From the NCBI GenBank assembly GCA_907165135.1, contig OU015568.1, forward strand, positions 9,114,001 through 9,178,000: a stretch of 64,000 nt of DNA, written 5' to 3'. The number at the start of each line of letters is the position of its first letter. Within the stretch, counting starts at the first letter, position 1. Below, in pieces: positions 1-10,122 of this stretch. The notes under the pieces are model-generated. The model was not told where the DNA came from and ran no database searches. It saw only the letters and a program-made list of their open reading frames with translations. The DNA comes from Oikopleura dioica. Lineage: Eukaryota; Animalia; Chordata. A program made the position numbers and the translations under genes.

Positions 1-3000
1 TTCACATGCGATCTGGCGAATTTGAAGGCTATCAATTTGATCGATGGCCGCCACCCGACGTGTCTTAATTACGCCGTCAGCGCGTGTTATAAAATCAGAC
101 GCAGAATAGCGATTGAGCCGGAAGCGCTCTTTGGAATCGTTTGGTCCGATACAGCTGGATTTCTAGGAAGGATTAAGTCTGCTAATCCGACCAATAGCGG
201 CTTTAGTTCAACAGCTTTGTTGGTGGATCGCCTCATGCTGCAATCAGGACTTATTGAGCTACATCTTGAACCGAGCCCGAAATGCATTCTCTTCCCTGGC
301 TATTTAGACATCTCTCCTGAGCTACAACTGATCTGCGCAAAGATGGAGAAAAAAGACGACGAAAAGAAAGTCGTCCCTTGCTTCGATCGAGACACTGGAA
401 AAATCTGGGTTCGTTCAGATGCGCTGAAGGAAAAGCATTTAGCTAACTTGCCAACTTTGTCGGATAACGTTTTCAATATGAGCATAACTGGTGTGCCAGG
501 AACTTGGGTAGATACAGGCCTGATTGGAGCGCAACTTGATGACAAGGTTTTCATCATTTCGAGCGCGGAAGAGCACTTTCCGGTGGCAGCAGCAGATATT
601 GATGCAAACTCAAACATTTCCATTTTGCCAATTCAGTGGGATCTACTTGCTACAATCATCACAGCTGATAAGAGCGCCATGATCTTCCGTCAGCGCTGTC
701 ACGTTTACACGGTTAGAATCGCTAGCTCTTACAAACTTGTTGTTTCCGCCGAGTTGAGTTCTGACTCATTCAGCGACGAGCAAATCTCTGGTCTTGTCGA
801 TTCAGTTGTTGATGGATTGGTGCAGTTACATGGTATCAGTCCTTATTCCATTTCTCTTCACGCTCCTTTCTCTCTTCCTCAAAATCCAGATGGCACACTT
901 GACTATTCGTTGATTGAGTCGAAATATTCATCTGGCGATTTGGAGAGTATTTATTGCCTTTCTTTGCCTTGGCGAACGCTAGAAACATCTTTACCAAGCT
1001 CGATCGCGCCTGGATGCGTTGTTGGTGCTGCTGGTATGGTCTGTGGTGCGGTCATTTCAGGAACTGAACTCAGCTACGCTTCTGGACGCATTCTTCAGGA
1101 AAAGACTGGCCAGATGGAGACACTTGCTCAACGATTGGCGTCCAGAGTGAAGCAGAACTCCGACATGCCTGACGAACATCCATTGATAGACGTTTTTGGA
1201 TCGAAGGAGTTCTCGAAGCCCTTTGAAAAAGGAACACGACCGAAGGGACTGCGATTGACAGCTCCAGAACTCCACAAGATGTCAACAAGAATATCTATCA
1301 TTTTGGGAAAGCATGAAGTAGCACATGGTGACCTGGTTCTTGTCGCTTACAATTGTCCGATAAGACTTCTCTGTGCGATATACGGCTGTTGGTATCGTGG
1401 AGCTGTACCTGTTCCAGTCCGCGCAGGTTCTGATCATTTGGGAACTTTCAAAGTTATTGCCGAAGAATCCAAAGCAAGCTTTGCTATGGTTGCTTCTAAG
1501 AAGCTCTACGCACAAGTAACTGAAGCCATTCCGCATCTTCATGTTGTTGAAATCGAAAATCCAAGTAAAATGGACTCCATGACGAATACATCTCTGGCGA
1601 GAATACCGTACTGTCCACCAACACTGGAGCTTCAGTGCTTGCTTGACTTTACAGTGACTCCAGTTGGCTCTCTTGTCGGGCGGCAGTTCACTTGGAAGAA
1701 TTTGCTTAGATTATCGCAAAGTTTGAAAGATCAGACAGAAGTGTACCCAGGCCGCGAGTTGGATTTAGCCGTAGATCCTATGCAAGGATTCGGTTTGTTC
1801 ACTCTCATCTCTCTTCCAGTTCATTCCGGGTGCAGTCTGGTCTGGCACAAGGTTGCGGAAATAGAGAAGAATCTCCCCGAATGGATCAAAAATACCATTC
1901 CTCATGCAAGAGATGTTTTCATTGGCGCCGCTTTTGCTAAGAAGATTCAGTGGGTTCAGCAGAAGAGCATCGCCACCGCAAAACTGACGAATGTCAGAAG
2001 CTTCAACGGTAATTGACGGTTCTCATTCGTTCATTATTCATCTTTTAGTTGTTTTCCAAAATGTTCGTCCAGACGCCGATGTTCTCTCGCGCGTTTCCAA
2101 GCTCCTCGAGACAGTTGGACTCAGTCCTCGGGCCGTTTCTTGTTCCACTTCTTTATTACCCTCTCCTCTGATTTCACTGAGAAGTGGTATTGCCAGGCCC
2201 TTGAGGACTTCCTGCGTCGATTTGACTGGACTCAAGAATGGCAGGATCAAATCTTCAGCTAGAGGTTCGAAATACTGCGCAACACTTCAAGAAGCAGGGT
2301 GTATTCTTCCTGGAATGGAGATCGTCATTGCTGATGTGATGAACCAGGGACAGTGCGGAGTTGGCAGACTGGGAGAGGTAAGAACAGGAGTCTCTTTTGG
2401 TCGTAAATGATTGCCTAGATATGGATCAGATCTGACTACATCTGCAATACCTTCGTCTCTTCTTTTGGAGGCGATCCATACGTTCCTGTTGAGACACTTC
2501 AAAGCATGCTTTGCAAAAAACTTGAAGTGGGGACGGCAAAAGGGACCTGGGCGCGAACAGGTTTGCTATTTGAAAAATCGGCTGAAAATTCATCAATAAT
2601 CGATCCTCTGATGCTGATATAAGAAAATCTATTATTAATTTTAGGAATGTTGGGATTCCTCGAGCGCTGTGAAGATTCAAAAGAGCTGTCGCTTTATTTT
2701 ATTGGCAACATGAATGAACACATTCAGCACAGAGGTTTCCAGTTTCACCCGACTGATCTCGAAGCCTCCCTGCGTCGTTGTAATAGGTACGATTTATTTG
2801 AGGAAGGAGAAACTTTCTATTTTTGTTTCTAGTTCAATAATTAACTGCTGCGTCTGTCAAGTCGACGGGCATATGATTTGCCTCGTTGAAACGACGAAGG
2901 AAGTGCCTCATTGCCCGATTCTAGCGTCGAAGATCACGGCGACGCTCTCCGACGTTCACCACGTGATTATTTCTGTCGTTGTCCTGCTCCGTCCAAGTTC

Positions 3001-3145
3001 AATTCCTATGTCAACTCAAGGTAATTCAAATATTTCTGAAAGCAAGGAAGACAACGAATTTTAAGGTACACCTCAGCGTCAGCGTGCCGCCGAAATGTTG
3101 CTTCAAGACAAATTCAATCCAATCCTCATGTCTTACAATTGTTAG
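1..3145 (+). CDS. DIP2: Disco-interacting protein 2 homologue (tandem adenylate-forming-like domains), 5' part outside window, spliced
   Basis: ORF 22-2016 plus later exons give YGCWYRGAVPVPV, LDFTVTPVGSLVG, EVYPGRELDLAVDPMQGFGL, HRGFQFHPTDLEAS and the C-terminus IPMSTQG..QRQRAAEMLLQDKFNPILMSYNC*. These parallel DIP2 motifs (LDFSVSTTG, YHPIDIE, IPINSRGEKQR...LDPIYVAYNM). Stop TAG at 3143-3145. Confidence 0.85.
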
Positions 3146-3720
3146 ACAATTGTTGCTCCTCCCCTCTCCGCTTTTACCTTAAAACCTTTAACTACAGAAT
3201 TGATCGTTGCTTTATTATTATTTAATTTAAACTTGCTAAACTAATGTTGGATTCGCCGTACTCAGCCTGGAACCGCCTTATCGTACGATTTCTTCTTTTT
3301 AAAAAATATTCTGACCTCAGATAGAAATAATTTTTGGCCTCTCGTGACCTAATTTTGTTTACCATTCCTAATTACTCTTTCCTTCAAAAATACCGGCCAC
3401 AAGGTGGTGTTTGATCATTCTTTTTATCGCAACAATAAATATTAAAAATGTTCTTCAATCGTTTGTGTTTTTTATTTTGCAGGTGAGTTTTTACAGGGCA
3501 AGTTTTTTATTCTTTGGATATCTGACTAATAAAAGGTTCCCAAATCTGAAGCAAGAGTGTTTATTGAAAAGTGAGAACCCGGAATCAGCGGTTCGAAGTG
3601 TTGTCTGGCTCAATCTTTTGAACCTGTAGTTGTTGCTGTTGTACCAGCTCGATAGGTGCCACTTCTGCTGACCTTTTGGACGGCTTTTGAATCGTTTTGG
3701 AAAATCTTGCTGGTCGTCTT

Positions 3721-4800
3721 TCATTTCAAAAGCCGTAGCAGAGCAAGAATCAATCCGGCAGAAGCAGCTTTCAGAGCGGCATTGAGGATGAGCATTGCGA
3801 AAGAGATTGTGACGGACCAGTGCCAGATCGAATCCTCTCCTTCAGACATCAGATCTTTCAGAGGGTTCGCGGATGACTTATTATGTATTTTTGCAAGTGC
3901 ATTTTGAACCCTAAACATGTTGAAACATGATCATAAAGAAGATGAAAATTCCACCAGAGAGAAGGCAATCCAATATCGAAATCGCGGACACGACTTTAGA
4001 AAACCCTTCAAAAGATATGTCTCAACTCGTCTCACAAGAAAATCTCACCATTCTTCCTAATGATCAAGGAGAGGATAACGAGGAAAGTAACGAAAAGGGA
4101 CGCCGATTGTGCTGCGATTTCGAGTATTTTGGCTAAAAATATAGCTAATTTGCAGCTTGAATTGGTGTTTTCTTACGTTTTCGAAATTCACTCAACGAAA
4201 ATGGTGGCTCGTGTTCGAGAACTAAAAACATTTTCAAAGGTTTCCTCTGTAATCGTTATTACCAAAATTTTCGAGGAGACAGCAAGCAAGGCCAGCACCT
4301 GATGCAAGTAAATTGAAACCCGTGATAAAATAGCTTAAATCGGTTATTCTCGCATTTAGAAATTCTTGAACCTTGACGTCTTCGTTGTTATCTTCATCAC
4401 AAGCTCTTTCAGGTGATAAATTAGAAAAGTTCAACAATGGAAGAAGTAGAATTGACGAGTATATGTACTCTACGAATTGATTTCGAAGGCGTAGAATCAA
4501 CGAGTAAACAAACCATCAGAAAACCTATTATGAGTCTGGGCAAAATAAAAGTCTGAGTAGTCACGGTCGCTGGCTCATTATCAATCATTGGCACACTATT
4601 CAAGGATTGAGGGATGAAGCCTCAAGAGTACTCAAAAGGACGCTGAGGGTGATTGATTCGAACTCGGAATCATGAAAGAGGCAGACCACTTCAATCGGGA
4701 CGGTCTTCTGATCGTACTCAAAGGATTTAGCATCAAAGATGGTTCTTAATCCGTATAAATGCCCTGATACCGTTGCTAGAATACAAGTCTCGCTCAAACA
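3721..4800 (-). CDS. Putative multi-pass membrane protein (possibly claudin/PMP22-like topology), spliced; start uncertain
   Basis: Minus-strand hydrophobic segments FITGFNLLASGAGLACCLL, ILEIAAQSASLFVTFLVILSLII, VVSAISILDCLLSGGIFIFFMIMF and WSVTISFAMLILNAALKAASAGLILALL, separated by short intron-like gaps. No diagnostic motif recognised. Confidence 0.35.
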
Positions 4801-4893
4801 TGAAAATGGAACAAGGTTTTGTTTTTCGAAATATATTATGTTGGAGATATTTGCAATAAATAATTTACAGGCAGAAAAGAGTGAAAATTCAAA

Positions 4894-5420
4894 TCAGCAA
4901 ATAAAAAGAACATCAAGGTCGCTTGAAGAGTCCATTGAAGAAACACCAGATGAAGAATTTGCTTCTTTCTCGATGTTCGCCTTTCTGATCTTTCGGCTGA
5001 GTCGTTTTTGTCGGTTCTTGATGACGAGAGTGCGTTTCTGTTCCTTGAGGTTTTCGATTTCTTCCTGAAGTTTTACCATTTCTGCTTGGTAGCTGAGCTC
5101 GACAAGGCGAAAGCAGGGGTCGGATTGTTTGGTTGTCATTGGGGTTTTCTTCAACTCTGGTGGAGGAGCAACAACTTCTGGTTTTTCAACTCCGCAGGCG
5201 AAGAGCTTCATTAATTTCGTGATGAAATTCTTTGACGGCTTCTTCTGGTTCTCTTTCTTTGGTTCTTCAGATTCTTTTTCGCCGGCTGCATGACAAGTTC
5301 TCGGCAGCGGAGGGTAGACATGTCCGCCCAGCGATCATCGTCGAGCATGGACGAGTTCTTCATTGGAAGGTTGAAAAGTTCTTCGCAGAAAGTGTTGTAG
5401 TCGAATCTCTCGGTAGTCAT
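4894..5420 (-). CDS. Small coiled-coil protein of unknown function, split across two frames (frameshift or unresolved intron near 5290-5330)
   Basis: ORFs 5211-5420 and 4894-5211 abut. The second frame stays open upstream (EKESEEPKKENQKKPSKNFITKLMKLF...) and includes the heptad-like MVKLQEEIENLKEQKRTL. Confidence 0.35.
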
Positions 5421-6146
5421 TTTTCTTGTTGAAAGGTTGTTTGAAATTAGAATAATTGTTTGTTGAGTTTGTATGCTTCCGAAGCGGACGAAGCAAAAGT
5501 TTTATAATCCGAGAAAACAGCGCCGGGAAATGGCGCGCGAGGGCGGAAAATAGCAAGCGCCCCAGCTGGCCGAGGTCGGCCAAGCTCGCTCGAGCGGTAC
5601 ATCAAAGGAGATCAGAGCACAATCAACAAATTATTGGGTGAAGGAGCATCGGGCCTGCCCTTCTTTCTCAGGTCAGGAACAAGGAAATAAACATCCTGCC
5701 ATGGTTTTTGAAAATCATTTTTATCTAAGGGTGTAAACGTTTTGGAATCAAAAAATGGATGAAATAATCGAGAGTTATCATCCGGGAATCTTATGTTTAA
5801 TATAAAAAGTCCTGAAAAATTACCAGCTTATGGTTATCTATCTAAATACTCACATTATATAAGTAACTAATACATACTTTATTCGAGACAGCCACTACCT
5901 ACTAGGGTAGTAGAATTTAAAAAAATGAATCTTACTTGGAAATAACGACAGGCGGATAAGTCCACTTGAAAGTCCTCCCCACTTCCGGCAAAGCAAAGGT
6001 GAGAATTTTCGAAGTCTAATCCTTATTTATAAAAGTGTTATCCCCCTTTTCTGCGTGGCAATATACAACAAATAAATACACATCTTTGATTTTTGTGGTC
6101 GCGAGACCTTTCAAGTGGAATCGACGGAAAGGCGAAAAAGAGCAGA

Positions 6147-6625
6147 GGTAGAAGTCTCCAATTGTGGCAGGTCGAAAAAAATTTTTTTTTTTCTGATTGG
6201 CTCATCTGAAAGAGCTTCTCAAACTGTATAAAAAACGTTTTTAGAGTCTGCTCAAATCTTCGAAATTTTCGACATTTGGACTTGATAAAGGTTGAAATTC
6301 CGAAATTTTAACTGCTCATAGAGCAAAATTTTTCCATAACAAAATTTTTTTTTTATTTTTTTTTGGAATCTCTATAGTCGAATCTATGTGCTTGCGAAAA
6401 TTGAAGCAAATCGGGCAACATTTGGGCTGTAAAAATTTTTTGAGGATTAGTTTTGCACTAATTTCGCAAATACAAAGCATATACTTTTATTAAATTACAA
6501 ACTACAAAAAGTAATCAAATAGTGCTCTGAGGTCACTTGAGGTCATTTGAGGTCATCTGAGGTCATCTGAGGTCATTTGAGAACAATTTTTTTGCCGTTA
6601 AATTACATTTTTTATTTTTTTAATT
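6147..6625 (+). repeat. Left terminal inverted repeat (~480 bp) containing five 10-bp TGAGGTCAYY units
   Basis: By-eye alignment to the reverse complement of 19285-19763. AGGTCA occurs at 6530, 6540, 6550, 6560 and 6570. Confidence 0.92.
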
Positions 6626-7276
6626 TTGAAAATAATAATTTTGAGCAAAAATATTGCTCATTTGATTTTGAAAATTTTTTGTTTCAATATCGATCGACGG
6701 TGAAGTGTACACATGCGCTCGCGATTCCGGAACTACCTCGCTCATTAATGATTATTTAATGGATGCATCAATCAAAATCACAGTATGAAAAAATTTCCAA
6801 ACTAATTTCTGGCTGGCAGTTCACTTCGAGAAAGTTAATTCTGTGAAACACACAAAATTGAAAGAGAAGAAGAGAAAGCTAAGAGAAAGATTGTTAATAA
6901 TTTTCGATACCAGTGACAGGTATACTAAATATATATATTTATTCTTAAAATTATATAAGACGCTTGTTAATTGCAGAAAAATCAAAAACAGAAGAAATCC
7001 TGCCAACGACTGACTCCAAAGAAAGTAGAATTCAAACGAAGACAGAAGGTATGCTTTAAAGACTTCCCCACGGTTTTGGCCTAGATGGGCCTCGCGCAGA
7101 AAAATTCTGAAAAAACAGTATGTTCGGTGGTCCTTCTTATACTTATTTATTATAATTATCGTTTGACTTATTTTTTAAACAGATATATCTATTACAAGTC
7201 TAAAATTATAAAAGGGAATTTAGGCCATTATAATTCCCTCATTTTACATTTTTCCGTAAATCGGAATAGCGCGGAC

Positions 7277-8487
7277 CAGAGTTACAAATTTTGTGAGCTA
7301 GCTGAGGTGAGCTATATGAGCTAGATGAGCTACAGCTCAGCTCAGCTCAGCTCAGCGATTTCGAGGTGAGGGTCAGCTCAGCTCAGCTCAGCTTAATTTT
7401 TCTGAAGAAAGCAAGCTCAACTCAGCTCAATGGTTCTTCGAGAAAAGTCAGCTCAGCTCAGCTAGCTCAATTTTAACCTCGACTTAGCTAGCCCAGCTCA
7501 GCTCAGCTTGAAAAATTGTCAGCTCAGCTCAGCAAGCTCAGATTGAAAAATCATCAGCTCAGCTCAGCTCAAGAACTAACAGATAAACCCCAGCTTAGCT
7601 CAGCTCAATTTTTCGACAAAATCCAGCTCAGCTCAGCTCAGCTCAGTTGTTTTCAAAGGGGTCAGCTCAGCTCAGTTCAGCTTAAAAAAATTGTCAGCTC
7701 AGCTTAGCTCAAAAATTTTCAGATAAGCCCAAGCTCAGCTCAGCTCAGATGCTTTACAAGGGGGCCAGCTCAGCTCAGCTCAGCTCAATGGTTCTTCGAG
7801 AAAAGTCAGATCAGCTCAGCTAGCTCAATTTTAACCTCAACTCAGCTAGCTCAGCTCAGCTCAGCTTGAAAAAATTGTAAGCTCAGCTCAGCTAGCTCAG
7901 TTTGAAAAATCATCAGCTCAGCTCAAAAACTAACAGATAAACCTCAGCTCAGCTCAGCTCAAATTTTTCGAAATAATCCAGCTCAGCTCAGCTCAGCTCA
8001 GTTGTTTTCAAAGGGGTCAGCTCAGCTCAGTTCAGCTTAAAAAAATTGTCAGCTCAGCTCAGCTCAAAAATTTTCAAATTAGCCCAAGCTCAGCTCAGCT
8101 CAGCTCATTTTTTCGAAAAATCCAGCTCAGCTCAGTTGCTTTTCAAGGGGCCAGCTCAGCTCAGCTCAGCTTAAAAATTGTCAGCTCAGCTCAGCTCAAA
8201 AATTTTCAAATTAGCCCAAGCTCAGCTCAGCTCAGCTCATTTTTTCGAAAAATTCAGCTCAGCTCAGTTGCTTTTCAAGGGGCCAGCTCAGCTCAGTTCA
8301 GCTTAAAAATTGTCAGCTCAGCTTAGCTCAAAAATTTTCAAATTAGCCCAAGCTCAGCTCAGCTCAGTTCATTTTTTCGAAAAATCCAGCTCAGCTCAGT
8401 TGCTTTTCAAGGGGCCAGCTCAGCTCAATTTCGACCACAGCTCAGCTAGCTCAGCTCACAAAAAATTTTCAAAAATCTGCAACTCTG
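7277..8487. mobile_element. Non-autonomous hAT-like element filled with a (GCTCA)n complex satellite, nested in the large transposon
   Basis: TIRs CAGAGTTACAAATTTT / AAAATCTGCAACTCTG. 8-bp TSD GCGCGGAC (7269-7276) versus GCTCGGAC (8488-8495). The interior is CAGCT pentamer blocks with 358-bp and 132-bp higher-order periods. Confidence 0.85.
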
Positions 8488-10122
8488 GCTCGGACCGAGA
8501 ATTAAGATCACTTACGTTCGTTACACCTTTAATAGGGATGAACCTGAAATTGTCAACAAGGCAATCAAGGCCATCACGGCCAGCATGGCCATCAAGGCCA
8601 TCGACCCGACCAAAAACTCGACCTAGTCGGAAATGGTGGGGTTTATATTGGCACCGAACGATCCTACCATGGATTTTTTTGATTTGATCGGTGGTGGGGT
8701 TTGGTCGGTGGGTGGTCGGCTTAAGTCGGTTTCTTTGTGTTTTTCGTTTTGACCGATTTTTTTCATTTCTCTCTGGCGATAAAAGAAAAAGAGATTGTCG
8801 ACAAGGCCATCAAGGACATCATGGCCATCGAGGCTATAAAGACCATTTTAGAAATCAGCAAAAGTCCCTATAACCTGAATTCAACAACGCCCTCAAGGCC
8901 ATCAATTCTAGAAAGTTGCGGGTTTCCTTTAAGACAGGCGCGGAGCGCACACCCGCTTTTTCTGCTTTCTGATCGTTGATTATTGCTTCAAAAGTATAAA
9001 AATTGATCTGCTTAGTTAAAACCATGGATGCTCGAAAACAATACCTTGGAAAAATCCCACGATTCCTTAATTCCTTCGAAGTGTCAAATGATGGCTCGGG
9101 GACCATGGCGAATCTTACCTTTATGATGTCTCGTGTCGTGCAAAGCCAACTCCCTGAGTTTGCTCCAAAGCAAATGTACAGGGCATTAGAAGATATATTG
9201 GAAAGAACCGAAGCCACTATGACTGTCGAGTCGTTTTTCGTTTTCCATTTTCAGGGCGGGCCTGTCATAAATTGCTCTTTTGAATGTGCGGTACCGCTTA
9301 TCATATGAATTTTCGATTATAATCGGGATCATGGCTGTCGAATTCGCGTCCTATGATCTGTCAAAAAAATTTTAGTGTGCGAATTAATATTTACGCGTCG
9401 TTTTTCTATCTTTCGCGTTCGTCTCGTTCAATCATCTTCAGAAAGCTTTAGAAAAAAGATAATAGAAGTAAGCGCTTTAAAAGTCTCCAAAATTTCTCTA
9501 AAAATTAATTCTTTTTCTTTTCGAGTGACGACAGTTATCAAATAACCAGCTCTGATCTAGACGATCGAGAAATTGCAAAATTTATGGTTAAGAGGCCTCT
9601 TGAGCTTGCTGTTATATTTAAGACGATCTCTTCGAAAGAATGGCTCAGATTAAAAGCTGAACGATTGGTTAAAAGTTTTTTCTTCCAAAAACTTGACAAG
9701 CCTTCAAATTGGAATCAAATATCTAAAGAAACAATAGATGTTTTGGAAATGACGAGGTGTTTAGACTACAGAATATATCAACTTCATCGTGCATATGATG
9801 AGCTACGTCTCCAACAAAGAATAAGACGATCTTACAATCAAGGTGGACGACATCAGGGTTATTACGAATTACTGTGTGGAAAATTTGTCTCTCTCACATC
9901 GTTGTTTCCAAAAAACTTGTGGTAAAATCGAATTATATGATGTGGAGTTCATTTTTCTTTTTTAAGTCGTCGTCGTGGATGAGAAGTTCTGTTATGATGT
10001 CAATGTTCTACGATGTTTATCCTTTTCTTTCACTCTTTCCTTATTTTTTACGTGATTGTTACCCTTAAGCAATTTGTTCGATAAAATCTTGGATAAGGAT
10101 TAATTGTTAAAGTATTTAGACG

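Noticed and set aside
6091-6100. TTTGTGGTC matching GACCACAAA just outside the right TIR, suggesting longer TIRs
   Set aside because: Only 9 bp, requires a gap of about 45 bp, and similarity does not continue outward.
7516-8687. SSAQL-repeat ORFs; repeat-spacer appearance of the GCTCA region
   Set aside because: These are translations of the pentamer satellite. The spacers are themselves repeated, so this is neither CRISPR nor a gene.
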